Assembly (NCBI GenBank): GCA_964548555.1 | Contig: CAZJSY010000001.1 | Location: 18,905-82,904, forward strand | Length of the DNA stretch: 64,000 bases | Direction of reading: 5' to 3' | From: an uncultured Burkholderiales bacterium | Lineage (GTDB): Bacteria > Actinomycetota > Acidimicrobiia > IMCC26256 > JAMXLJ01 | In this document: positions 26,832 through 36,426 of the stretch, in pieces | Numbering within the stretch: the first letter of the stretch is position 1 | Layout: each line of letters begins with the position of its first letter | The notes under the pieces: generated by a model | Seen by the model: only the letters and a program-made list of their open reading frames with translations | Databases searched by the model: none | What the model was told of the DNA's origin: nothing | Translations under genes and position numbers: made by a program

Positions 26832-27596
26832 CTACAGCGGGGTGACGAACGCACGGCGGGGCGGACGGCCGAGCACGCGCTCGACGTCGGGTGACACCTG
26901 TTCGAGTGCGCCGCGTGCGATCGCCGAGAACAGGTGCGCGGTCGAGTCGAGCAGCCACGGGTCCATGTCGCTCCCGGCGACCATTGCGCGCCACTCGGCG
27001 AGTGGAGGGTCGAGCCGCGTGACGCCGAGTCGCTCGGCAACCTCGTCACCGTCGAGGGCTTCGGGTCCGGTGATCACGAGTGGTCCGTCGGTGTCGTGCA
27101 CGAGCGCCTCCGCGGCGACCTCCGCGATGTCTTCGGGGTCCACCCATGCCACCTTGCCCTCACCGAAGGGCAACACCACGTGCCCGCGCGCGATGACATC
27201 GCGTTGCCGGTCGATGACCGTGGTGAAGAACGACGGTTGCACGACGGTCGACGCGACGCCGGAGCTCGCGAGTCGCCGTTCGACGGCGCGGTGGTTGCCG
27301 TGCAGCCCGTCGTCGAGCCCTGCGATCGGGATGTTCGAGATCTTCACGATGCGCTCGACCCCGGCGCGCTCGGCGGCCTCGATGGCGTTCGTCTCCAGCT
27401 GAACCTGGTCGCGCGACGGCGACGACTGGAGGAACACGGCTCGGGTGCCGGTGCATGCAGCGTCGAGTGACGCCGGGCTCCGCAGGTCGTAGCCGTCGCG
27501 GCGTGTAAACGGCCTGACCGCGGCACCGCGGTCCTCGAGGTGTCGCACGACTCGGCGGCCGAGGTCGCCGGCCGCTCCGATCACGAGCACGGTCAT
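26832..27596 (-). CDS. NmrA-like / NAD(P)H-binding atypical SDR
   Basis: Start at MTVLVIGAAGDLG (Rossmann GxxGxxG at residues 7-12), 254 aa. The longer ORF extension overlaps the aldolase gene. Confidence 0.8.
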   Translation of the reverse strand: MTVLVIGAAGDLGRRVVRHLEDRGAAVRPFTRRDGYDLRSPASLDAACTGTRAVFLQSSPSRDQVQLETNAIEAAERAGVERIVKISNIPIAGLDDGLHGNHRAVERRLASSGVASTVVQPSFFTTVIDRQRDVIARGHVVLPFGEGKVAWVDPEDIAEVAAEALVHDTDGPLVITGPEALDGDEVAERLGVTRLDPPLAEWRAMVAGSDMDPWLLDSTAHLFSAIARGALEQVSPDVERVLGRPPRRAFVTPL

Positions 27597-28347
27597 GGGG
27601 AGTACGTTGACACATGTGCGGCTTCCCAGACCGGGCCCGGGTATCGGCCGTGAGCTCACCGTTGCGCAACAGCTCGCGTGCGCACTTCGTATCCTCGCCC
27701 GCGAGGGGTGGAAGGAGAATCTTTCGGGCCACGTCACGTGGGCCACGCCTGACGGCGGCATGTGGGTGAACCCGTGGGGCGTGTGGTGGGACGACGTGCG
27801 TGCGTCGCAGATCATCCGCCTCGATGCCGACGGGAACGTCGTCGAGGGCGACTGGGATGTGACACCGGCGGCGTTCCTGCACACCGAGCTCCATCGAGCG
27901 CGCCCAGACGCGGCGGTCATCGTGCACAACCATCCGTACTTCGCCACCCTGCTCTCGGCGATGTGTGAATGGCCGCGAATGGTGCACCAGAACTCGTCGA
28001 TCTTCGACGACGAGCTCGCGTTCGTCGACGAATACGAGAGCGTCGAGGACAGCACGGCCGGAAAATGGCTCGCTCGAGAGGTCGGTGATGCGTCAGGCAT
28101 CCTGCTCGCCCATCACGGAGCGATCGTCACAGCGCCCACCGTGGAAGAGGCGTGCTACAAGGCAACGACCTTCGAACGCATGTGCCGGCTCACGTACGAC
28201 GTCTTGCGCGCCGGGCGTCAACCCGTCGAGGTCCCGCCCGCGCAGCGAGCCGAGCTGAAGACGGCGCTGCGTCAGAACACGCCCCGAGCCTATTGGGAGG
28301 GCGCGGTGCGGCTGCTCTTGCGAGACGAACCCGACGTACTCGACTAG
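27595..28347 (+). CDS. Class II aldolase/adducin-domain protein
   Basis: Paralogue of 1658..2425, with VIVHNHP and LLAHHGAIV motifs. Its ATG overlaps the divergent gene's ATG (CATG). Confidence 0.8.
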   Translation: MGSTLTHVRLPRPGPGIGRELTVAQQLACALRILAREGWKENLSGHVTWATPDGGMWVNPWGVWWDDVRASQIIRLDADGNVVEGDWDVTPAAFLHTELHRARPDAAVIVHNHPYFATLLSAMCEWPRMVHQNSSIFDDELAFVDEYESVEDSTAGKWLAREVGDASGILLAHHGAIVTAPTVEEACYKATTFERMCRLTYDVLRAGRQPVEVPPAQRAELKTALRQNTPRAYWEGAVRLLLRDEPDVLD

Positions 28348-28361
28348 GTGGGTGAAGCCTG

Positions 28362-29612
28362 ATGGGGATGTCGATCGACGACCTCGCGAGCATGGACGCC
28401 TTCGGGGGCGGCAAGGGGCGTCGTGACGCGATCACCTGGCTGCCGGAGCCGGACCCGCGCCCTCGTCGCTACAAGGTCTTCTCGGTCGACGACCATGTGG
28501 TCGAGCCACCCGACGCATTCTCCGGGCGCTTCCCTCGCAGGTTCGTCGACGACGAACCACGCGTCGTGCCGACCGACGACGGCGGCGAGGCATGGCTCTG
28601 GAACGGCGAACTGTTGCCGAACGTCGGTTTCAACGCCGTGGTGGGGCGTCCCTCCACGGAATACGGGTTCGAGCCCACGCGCTTCGACGAGATGCGACGA
28701 GGCGCGTGGGACGTTCATGCACGCGTGCACGACATGGACCTCGACGGTGTGTCGGCGTCGGTCTGCTTCCCCTCGTTCCTCCCCGGCTTCGTGGGTCAGC
28801 GTCTCACGCTCTGGCCGAAGGACGACGATCTCGCGCTGACCGCGATGCGTGCCTACAACGACTGGCACTTCGAAGCATGGTGCGGCGCGTATCCCGACCG
28901 CTTCGTGCCGAACCAGATCGCGTACCTGCGTGACGCACGGATCGCTGCCGAGGAGATCCGGCGCAACGCAGAGCGGGGCTTCAAGGCGGTCACGTTCTCG
29001 GAAGCACCCGACAAGCTGGGCCTCCCGACGATCCACTCCGGCTACTGGGATCCGTTGTTCGCGGCGTGTGCCGAGACCGGGACGGTCGTGTGCCTGCACG
29101 TCGGATCGTCCGGCACGTCACCGACGACATCGGCCGACGCGCCCCCCGAGATCCCGGCGGTGCTGTTCGGCGCGTACGGCATGTACTCCGCGGTCGACTG
29201 GCTGTACTCCAAGATCCCGGTGCGATTCCGTGACATCAAGATCTGTTTGTCGGAAGGTGGCATCGGGTGGGTCGCGGGCATTCTCGATCGCCTCGAACAC
29301 TGCTATCGGTACCAGCTCGGCTACCTTCCGACCTGGCGCGACGTCGACGAACCGCCGAGTGAGGTCATGCGCCGGAACTTCTGGTTCTGCTCGCTCGACG
29401 ACGACGCGGGGATCCTCATGCGCCACCGAATCGGCGTGGACCACATTCTCGTCGAATCCGACTATCCGCATGCCGACTCGTCATGGCCCGACACGCAGGC
29501 GATGCTCGTCCGTCAACTCGAACGTCAGGGTGTACCCGACGACGAAGCGGAGCTGATCACGTGGAAGAACGCGTCGACGTTGTTCCGGCACGGCGCGAAG
29601 AGCGCTACCTGA
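28362..29612 (+). CDS. Amidohydrolase_2 family protein
   Basis: FSVDDHVVEPPD N-terminal metal site and SDYPHADSSWP C-terminal motif. Confidence 0.85.
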   Translation: MGMSIDDLASMDAFGGGKGRRDAITWLPEPDPRPRRYKVFSVDDHVVEPPDAFSGRFPRRFVDDEPRVVPTDDGGEAWLWNGELLPNVGFNAVVGRPSTEYGFEPTRFDEMRRGAWDVHARVHDMDLDGVSASVCFPSFLPGFVGQRLTLWPKDDDLALTAMRAYNDWHFEAWCGAYPDRFVPNQIAYLRDARIAAEEIRRNAERGFKAVTFSEAPDKLGLPTIHSGYWDPLFAACAETGTVVCLHVGSSGTSPTTSADAPPEIPAVLFGAYGMYSAVDWLYSKIPVRFRDIKICLSEGGIGWVAGILDRLEHCYRYQLGYLPTWRDVDEPPSEVMRRNFWFCSLDDDAGILMRHRIGVDHILVESDYPHADSSWPDTQAMLVRQLERQGVPDDEAELITWKNASTLFRHGAKSAT

Positions 29613-30486
29613 CGGCCGGCTCCTGCGCTTCTCCGGTTGCGAATCGCAGCAACTGAGGAGCGAGCAGCGGCCACCGCTCGAACAGGTGGCCCGTGCCCTC
29701 TCTCGCAGCGTCGCCCCGCTCGTTCCACTCGTCGTCGCCCCACGGGGGCTCGACGATCCGGGCGCCGGGGATCAGCTCCGCGACGCGCTCCGATGTCGCG
29801 CGTGTGTGGTGTGGGTCCCGGACGCCGCTGCGGAACACCAGCGTCGGCACGTCCAGCTTCGCAAGCTCGTCGTCGGAGATGCCCGGAACCGTCGCGCCGT
29901 CTTCGGGGCAGTAGACCAGCATCCAACGCTCGAGCGTCGCGATGAACTGCTGCGGGTCGAGCGCAAGGAAACGCTCGCGGTTGCCAGGGTTTCGCTCCAG
30001 GACCTCGGCCCACTCCGGCAGCTCGACGACCGCCTCCATCCCGCCTCGCCACGCGACGCGGATCGACTCACCGCAGTAGTGGACGCCGAGGAGCATGAGG
30101 CCGTAGACACCTCCGGAGATCCACAACATCGCGAGCTTGGAGGCGACATCGGGATTGCGGGCCGCGGTCAGCAACGACACCCGGGCGCCACCCGATCCAC
30201 CCACGATGACGGCGGGCGCCATGTCGAGGGCACGCAGCAACCCCGCGAGCTTGTCGGCCTGCATCTCCGACTCCGAGGCTCCCGTGAAGCAGATATCGGA
30301 CGCGCCGGTGTTGGGTCGATCCCAGACGAGCACCCGCTGGCCGTGCGCGGCGAGCTCCTCGGCGAGCTCGCGAATCCCGGGCACGTCCTTGCTGAACCGT
30401 CCACCCGGCGTGATCACCCACGCCGGTCCCCCGTCGCCGGCGATGTCGTAGGCGATGGTGGTCCCGTCGATGTCGACCGTGGGCAC
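29605..30486 (-). CDS. Alpha/beta hydrolase
   Basis: 293 aa. Nucleophile elbow VGGSGGA (GxSxG). Confidence 0.8.
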   Translation of the reverse strand: MPTVDIDGTTIAYDIAGDGGPAWVITPGGRFSKDVPGIRELAEELAAHGQRVLVWDRPNTGASDICFTGASESEMQADKLAGLLRALDMAPAVIVGGSGGARVSLLTAARNPDVASKLAMLWISGGVYGLMLLGVHYCGESIRVAWRGGMEAVVELPEWAEVLERNPGNRERFLALDPQQFIATLERWMLVYCPEDGATVPGISDDELAKLDVPTLVFRSGVRDPHHTRATSERVAELIPGARIVEPPWGDDEWNERGDAAREGTGHLFERWPLLAPQLLRFATGEAQEPAVR

Positions 30487-30605
30487 GCGTGGGACTGTAC
30501 GTCGAAGCTGACATGGTTGTCAGCAACGCCGCGATGGTGGAAACTCGCGCGCGACCGTGGAGCTCCGCCGGGCGCGGCCGTCCGGAGCGGAGCGGAGGGA
30601 GCCAT

Positions 30606-32120
30606 GTGACCGCATCCGGGGGCGAGGCCCTCCCGCTCGTGACGCACTGGATCGACGGAAAGCCCGTCGAAGGGTCGTCGACGCGCCGGGGTGAGGTCTT
30701 CGACCCCGCGACGGGCCTGGTCACCAGGCAGGTCGCGTTCGCGTCGGACGACGACGTCGACGAAGCGGTCGCCGCCGCGAACACCGCGTTCGGCGCGTGG
30801 CGCTCGACCTCGCTGGCGGAGCGTACGAAGATCATGTTCCGCTTCCGTGAGTTGGTACACCAAGGAGCCGACGAGCTCGCAGAGATCATCACGGCCGAGC
30901 ACGGCAAGGTGCGCAGCGACGCGGCGGGCGAGGTGGCGCGCGGTCTCGAGGTGGTCGAGTTCGCGTGCGGTATGCCGCACTTGCTCAAGGGCAGCTTCTC
31001 GGAAGGAGTGTCGTCGCGTCTCGACGTGTACTCGACCCGTCAACCGCTCGGAGTCGCCGCGATCATCAGCCCGTTCAACTTTCCCGCGATGGTGCCGTGC
31101 TGGTTCTTCCCGATCGCGGTCGCCGCGGGAAACACCGTGATCCTCAAGCCGAGCGAGAAGGATCCGTCGGCCGCCAACTGGATGGCTGAACGGTGGGCAG
31201 AGGCCGGCCTGCCGGCGGGCGTCTTCAACGTCGTGCACGGCGACAAGACGGCCGTCGACCGCTTGCTCGCACATCCGGACGTGAAGGCGGTGTCGTTCGT
31301 CGGATCCACGCCGGTCGCGCGCCACGTCTACGAGACCGGCACGCGTTTCGGGAAGAGGGTGCAGGCGCTCGGCGGGGCGAAGAACCACATGGTCGTCCTG
31401 CCCGATGCCGACGTCGAGCTCGCGGCCGACTCGGCCGTGAACGCAGGCTTCGGCTCCGCTGGCGAGCGCTGCATGGCCATCTCCGTCGTCGTGGCGGTCG
31501 AACCCGTCGCGGACGAACTCGTCGCGAGGATCGCCGAACGCATCCGCGGGCTGACAGTGGGTGACGGCCGCACCGGATGCGACATGGGTCCGCTGGTCAC
31601 CGGCGCGCATCGCGACAAGGTCGCGGCGTATCTCGATGCGGGCGTGCAGGCGGGCGCGACGCTCGTGGTCGACGGCCGCGGCCATCCCGTCGCCGGAGAT
31701 CCAGACGGCTTCTGGCTGGGACCCACACTGTTCGACCGCGTCACGCGGGACATGCCGATCTACTCCGACGAGATCTTCGGTCCGGTGCTGTCGGTGGTTC
31801 GCGCCGGGAGCTACGACGACGCGCTTGCGCTCGTGAACGCCAACCCGTACGGCAACGGCACCGCGATCTTCACCAACGACGGCGGCGCCGCCCGCCGGTT
31901 CCAGAACGAGGTCGAGGTCGGCATGGTGGGAATCAACGTCCCGATCCCTGTGCCGGTCGCGTACTACTCGTTCGGTGGATGGAAGTCGTCGCTCTTCGGC
32001 GATACCCACGCGCACGGCACCGACGGCGTGCACTTCTTCACCCGCACGAAGGTCGTGACGAGCCGGTGGTTGGATCCCAGCCACGGTGGCGTCGATCTCG
32101 GCTTCCCTCTGAACTCGTAG
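30606..32120 (+). CDS. mmsA: CoA-acylating methylmalonate-semialdehyde dehydrogenase
   Basis: GTG after GGAGGGA gives about 504 aa. ALDH motifs (FNFPAMVPCW, GERCMA catalytic Cys). MmsA-like tail FTRTKVVTSRW. Confidence 0.8.
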   Translation: MTASGGEALPLVTHWIDGKPVEGSSTRRGEVFDPATGLVTRQVAFASDDDVDEAVAAANTAFGAWRSTSLAERTKIMFRFRELVHQGADELAEIITAEHGKVRSDAAGEVARGLEVVEFACGMPHLLKGSFSEGVSSRLDVYSTRQPLGVAAIISPFNFPAMVPCWFFPIAVAAGNTVILKPSEKDPSAANWMAERWAEAGLPAGVFNVVHGDKTAVDRLLAHPDVKAVSFVGSTPVARHVYETGTRFGKRVQALGGAKNHMVVLPDADVELAADSAVNAGFGSAGERCMAISVVVAVEPVADELVARIAERIRGLTVGDGRTGCDMGPLVTGAHRDKVAAYLDAGVQAGATLVVDGRGHPVAGDPDGFWLGPTLFDRVTRDMPIYSDEIFGPVLSVVRAGSYDDALALVNANPYGNGTAIFTNDGGAARRFQNEVEVGMVGINVPIPVPVAYYSFGGWKSSLFGDTHAHGTDGVHFFTRTKVVTSRWLDPSHGGVDLGFPLNS

Positions 32121-32128
32121 GAGGATCC

Positions 32129-33295
32129 ATGACCACATCGTTCGATCAGGTGAAGGTGATCGACGCGGACACCCACCTCACCGAACGGCACGATCTGTGG
32201 ACGAGCCGGGCCCCCGCGAAGTGGAAGGACCGCGTGCCGCACGTCGCCAAGGTCGACGGCGCCGCGACGTGGGTGGTCGACGGTGTCGTGTTGGGGCGCG
32301 CCGGTGCGGGCGGCGTGATCGACCGCGACGGGAACAAGGGCCGGTCGTTCGAGGGCCTCTACGAGTGGGAGATCGAACAGGCTCACGTGGCCGCGTACGA
32401 CCCACGTGCGCGCGTCGAGCTCATGGACGACATCGGGATCTGGACCCAGATCGTGTTCCCCGGCGTGGTAGGTCTCGGCGGTCAGGGCCTCGCCGACACG
32501 GTGCAGGACGTCGAGCTGCGCACGCTCTGCCTGGAGATCTTCAACGACGCGAGCGCGGAGCTGCAGGCCGAGGCGGGCAATCGTCTCCTGCCGATGGCGA
32601 TCCTGCCCGCATGGGACGTCGACGCGTGTGTTCGTGAGGTACATCGCGCCAAGGGCCTCGGCCTGCGAGGGGTCAACCTCACGTCGGATCCGCAGGACCT
32701 CGACGCTCCCGACCTTGCCGATCGAGCCTGGGACCCGGTCTGGGAGGCCTGCAGCTCGCTCGGGCTGCCCGTTCACTTCCACATCGGGGCGAGCCTGACG
32801 ACGATGAACTACTTCGGCACCTACCCGTGGCCTGCGCACGACGACGACACGAAGCTGGCGATCGGCGGAACGTTGCTCTTCATCGGCAACGCGCGGGTGA
32901 TCGTCAACATCATCTGCTCGGGGATGCTCGAACGCTTCCCGGAGCTGAAGATCGTGTCGGTCGAGAGCGGCGCCGGATGGGTGCCGTTCATTCTCGAGGC
33001 GCTCGACTACGAGATGGCCGAGAACGCGCCCAAGCTCCGCGCGTCCCTCTCACTCAGTCCTTCCGGCTACTTCAAGCGGCAGATCTACGCGACGACGTGG
33101 TTCGAGCGCAGTGATCTGCCGTCGATCGTCGCGGCGGTGGGGGAGGACAACATCATGTTCGAGACGGACTTTCCTCATCCGACGTGTCTGTATCCCGATC
33201 CGCTGAAGACCGCGGCCGAGAACATGCGGGAGCTGAGCCCGACGGCGCAGCGCAAGATCCTGGGCGAGAACGCGGCGAAGCTCTACGGCATCTGA
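32129..33295 (+). CDS. Amidohydrolase_2 family protein
   Basis: ATG after AGGAGGA. VIDADTHLTE and ETDFPHPTCLYP motifs. Confidence 0.85.
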   Translation: MTTSFDQVKVIDADTHLTERHDLWTSRAPAKWKDRVPHVAKVDGAATWVVDGVVLGRAGAGGVIDRDGNKGRSFEGLYEWEIEQAHVAAYDPRARVELMDDIGIWTQIVFPGVVGLGGQGLADTVQDVELRTLCLEIFNDASAELQAEAGNRLLPMAILPAWDVDACVREVHRAKGLGLRGVNLTSDPQDLDAPDLADRAWDPVWEACSSLGLPVHFHIGASLTTMNYFGTYPWPAHDDDTKLAIGGTLLFIGNARVIVNIICSGMLERFPELKIVSVESGAGWVPFILEALDYEMAENAPKLRASLSLSPSGYFKRQIYATTWFERSDLPSIVAAVGEDNIMFETDFPHPTCLYPDPLKTAAENMRELSPTAQRKILGENAAKLYGI

Positions 33296-34806
33296 CCGTC
33301 GCGGACGCGGATGTAGACGAATGTCGGTCGCAGCCGGAGGTCGGTGACGGGGAAGAAAGCCGTTCCGGGAATCGCCGGCCCGGGCAATCGTCGGTACGCC
33401 ATCGCCAGCTGTGGTGCGAGGAACGGATCGGGCGCCTGGTCGAGCACGACCGCGCCGATGTCGGGAGCGAGGAGCGCGCGGGACTCGTCACGGATCAACG
33501 CGGAGCGCGCCGCGCCGGGCTGTGACCGGAGGAGGTCCTGTATCGCGACGCCGGCTGCGAAGTCACCCTTTCCCGCGTGGGTCGCGTACCAAGGATGGAT
33601 GAGCACCACGACCTTCCCCGGCAGGTGCCGAAGCATCCGCACGAACCCGTCGCCCGCTCGGGCGTCGGCCCGTGTCGGGATCTGTGCGCTGACCGGATAT
33701 GCGACGTGCGCGAACTGGGTGACGAGGGCGACGACGACACACGCCGACGCGACGAGCCGGGTTCGTGCGCGCAGAGAGCGAGACACTTCGCGGAGATACG
33801 CGACGCCGACCCCCGCGAGCACGGCCATCGCCGCGTAGGCCGGCATGAGGACGTTCGCGTACCCGCCGCTGTGGAGTCGCCCGGCCCAGGCCGCCGCCAC
33901 GAGCCCGGCACCGCCGGCGAGCACCGCACCTCGTGACGTCCACACGAGCTCGTCACTCCTTCGGCCGGCGAGCACAGCACCAACAGCGAGCATCCCGACG
34001 ACGGGTAGGGGGGTGAGGATGTCGTGCAGCCAGAAGTCGGTGACCTGACTCCGGGTGATCGGTTGACCGAGCAACTCGTGCACGACGAAGTATCCGTACC
34101 AACCGCGCGTCGCTGCGTTCAGCGCGACTGTCGAGGCACCGAGGAGGAGAACGAGCGAGCTCAGGGCTGCGACCGCCGCGCGGCGTCGCACCGCGAACAA
34201 CCACGCGATGAGGGGAACCGCGACGACCAGGCCATCCTGCTTGGTGAAGCACGCCAGGAAGAGCAGCAAACCGACGACCGCACCGACTCGCCATGACCGG
34301 GCGCGGCGCGCCACGACGATGGCCGACAGGCAGAGCAACAGCCACAGCGAGTCCACCCGACCGATGTCGAACCAGGCGCCCGCGAGGCGGAAGGTCGACG
34401 CGTAGACACCGGCCGAGAACACCGCTGCGGCAACATTTCCGGTCTCCTGATGGACGAGCACGAAGATCAGGGCGAGCACGCCCAACGATGCGGCCGTCGA
34501 GACGAGACGCAGGGGAACGAAGCCGACGCCGACGACCTTCGCGACCCCGGCACTGAGCGCGAAGTACAGCGGCGGATACGGCCACGGCGTGAAGCGAAGC
34601 GTCGCTGACGTGTACAGCGTGTGCCCGTGCACGAGGCGGTGGACGAGCTCGACGCTTCCCCCCTCCATCCACTGCAGCTCGTACGGATAGAAGATTCGAT
34701 GCGCAACGACCCAGAGGTACGCCCCGACGGAAAGGACACCGCAACCGACGAGGAACGCGTCGACACCGTGCCCACTCCTCAGGAGCCGTCGTGTCCTCGT
34801 GGCCAT
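33283..34806 (-). CDS. GT-C-type polytopic membrane glycosyltransferase (ArnT/PMT-like)
   Basis: 507 aa and about 11-13 TM helices. N-terminal loop YPYELQWMEGG..LYTS after TM1 resembles the GT-C first-loop region. Last gene of the coupled operon. Confidence 0.65.
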   Translation of the reverse strand: MATRTRRLLRSGHGVDAFLVGCGVLSVGAYLWVVAHRIFYPYELQWMEGGSVELVHRLVHGHTLYTSATLRFTPWPYPPLYFALSAGVAKVVGVGFVPLRLVSTAASLGVLALIFVLVHQETGNVAAAVFSAGVYASTFRLAGAWFDIGRVDSLWLLLCLSAIVVARRARSWRVGAVVGLLLFLACFTKQDGLVVAVPLIAWLFAVRRRAAVAALSSLVLLLGASTVALNAATRGWYGYFVVHELLGQPITRSQVTDFWLHDILTPLPVVGMLAVGAVLAGRRSDELVWTSRGAVLAGGAGLVAAAWAGRLHSGGYANVLMPAYAAMAVLAGVGVAYLREVSRSLRARTRLVASACVVVALVTQFAHVAYPVSAQIPTRADARAGDGFVRMLRHLPGKVVVLIHPWYATHAGKGDFAAGVAIQDLLRSQPGAARSALIRDESRALLAPDIGAVVLDQAPDPFLAPQLAMAYRRLPGPAIPGTAFFPVTDLRLRPTFVYIRVRDGQMP

Positions 34807-34807
34807 G

Positions 34808-35269
34808 TCAGGGAACGCGGCGTGAGAGCCGCCGCCGGATCAGGACCACCGCGATGATGGCGATCCACACCGCGGCGAGCGTGAGGGCAAGTCCTTGCGC
34901 GTAGTTCCGCGGCAGGATCGTCGGGTTGTCGGGAATCCGCCCGTACCCGCGAACGAACGGGAAGGCGAAGAGCACCAGCACGCCGGAGATGATCAGGCCC
35001 GACTGAACGGCCGGACGGATCGCTCGTGGTACGAGCCGTGCAACCAGGGTTCCGACTGCGAGAACGAACGGTGCGACGAGCAGGTCGTGCACCAGCAACG
35101 CGCCGATGAAGACGCGGAGGAAGCCGCTCGCGCGCACGACACGCCGGTTCTCCAGGAGACCGCGCACGCCGTTCGCGATGAGCGCCCATCCCACGAGCAC
35201 GGCGGGCCAGAACAGGCGGGAGTACGCGGGTGTGGCGTCGTCGGAACCCGGAGGGCCGACGGAGTTCAC
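34808..35269 (-). CDS. Small 4-TM membrane protein, hypothetical
   Basis: GTG start overlaps the upstream stop (GTGA). 153 aa with four hydrophobic segments. Confidence 0.55.
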   Translation of the reverse strand: MNSVGPPGSDDATPAYSRLFWPAVLVGWALIANGVRGLLENRRVVRASGFLRVFIGALLVHDLLVAPFVLAVGTLVARLVPRAIRPAVQSGLIISGVLVLFAFPFVRGYGRIPDNPTILPRNYAQGLALTLAAVWIAIIAVVLIRRRLSRRVP

Positions 35270-36426
35270 AGTACGACGACCCGGTGGACCCACTTCGTCT
35301 GGTCGACCCCCGGCCGGTTCGGGCCGATGAGACGGACCGGGTAGCCGTGGTCGAGCGCGAGCGGCTGCCCATCGAGCTCCAGCGCGAGCAGCGTGTCGGG
35401 ATCGTGTGCCTGGAGGCGGTTCAACGGCGATGACCCGTAGATGCTGAAGGCCTCGAGCGATTCCACGCGTGCACCCGCATGACGAGCGGCGCCGGCGCGC
35501 TCGAGCAGATCGCGGACGCGCACGCCGCGCCAACGCGCCGAGAAGCTCCATCCCTCGACGCAGGCGATCGGCAGGATCGCTTCGTGCTGCGGCATTGCCC
35601 TGATCTCGTCGAGGCCGAGTGCGAGCGGATGTGAAACGCGTCCGTCGACGACGAGCCGGTAGTTCGGGTCGAGGGCGGCCTCCTGAATGCCGGCGGCAGC
35701 CGCCGACCGGTTGACCGGGCGGCCCTGTGGACCGATGCCGAGGCGACGCGGCGCGAGCACGGAGATTCGGTTCAGCGGTCGCAGCGTGTCGCCGACAGTT
35801 GCGAGCACCAGAGCGCCGGAGGCGGTCGCCACCGTCGCGAGGAACCCGCGGCGGCTCAACCCGTCGGATGGCACCGGCGGTACCGTTCCCGCACCGGCCT
35901 CCGCGCGTGAGAGCGCCGCACGGGTCGTCGTGAACTTGGCGCCGATGTGCACGGCAAGAGCGCCGATCGTGATCCACGCAGCCCAGAAGTGCGCAACCGT
36001 GAAGAAGAACGGCATCGGCCGGTACCAGTACGCAATGTTCGCAGTGCCGGTGAAGAGCTGGAACAGCGCGCCGCCGACGAGCGGCACGAGGCTGATGCGC
36101 TCGACCGCATGGGCGACGTTGGCAACCGGAGGCCATCGGAAGAGCTTCGGGTACACGACCCAGAGCTTGGCGAGGAGGAGCGGTATCGACGCGATCCCGG
36201 TTGCCACATGCACACCCTGTGTCACGCGAAACAGGCCGGCGGGCCGCGACGGCCACGTGAACCACGACGGGGGGTGCTGGAGCGTGTGCGAGACCAGCCC
36301 GGTGACGAAGCAGATCGTGAAGCACACGCCGAGGGCGATGCCGAGCCAGGCCGCGATCCGGTCGTCGTGCAACGGACTCGAGAAGGGCATCCGAAGTCGC
36401 GCGACGCGACGCGTGTCCATGGTCAC
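35266..36426 (-). CDS. Membrane-anchored molybdopterin oxidoreductase (N-terminal His-rich TM domain fused to SUOX/MsrP-like Moco domain)
   Basis: N-terminal TM helices with conserved His residues (HTLQH, VHVATG, AHFWAAW, VHIG). C-terminal IACVEGWS, YPVRLIGPNR and TKWV motifs of the MsrP/YedY-like Moco fold. Confidence 0.8.
   Translation of the reverse strand: MTMDTRRVARLRMPFSSPLHDDRIAAWLGIALGVCFTICFVTGLVSHTLQHPPSWFTWPSRPAGLFRVTQGVHVATGIASIPLLLAKLWVVYPKLFRWPPVANVAHAVERISLVPLVGGALFQLFTGTANIAYWYRPMPFFFTVAHFWAAWITIGALAVHIGAKFTTTRAALSRAEAGAGTVPPVPSDGLSRRGFLATVATASGALVLATVGDTLRPLNRISVLAPRRLGIGPQGRPVNRSAAAAGIQEAALDPNYRLVVDGRVSHPLALGLDEIRAMPQHEAILPIACVEGWSFSARWRGVRVRDLLERAGAARHAGARVESLEAFSIYGSSPLNRLQAHDPDTLLALELDGQPLALDHGYPVRLIGPNRPGVDQTKWVHRVVVL

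Noticed and set aside
27597-28100. 5' extension of ORF 26832..28100 (422 aa) beyond the Rossmann start.
   Set aside because: It overlaps the aldolase-like gene on the opposite strand. The GxxGxxG motif must sit at the extreme N-terminus.
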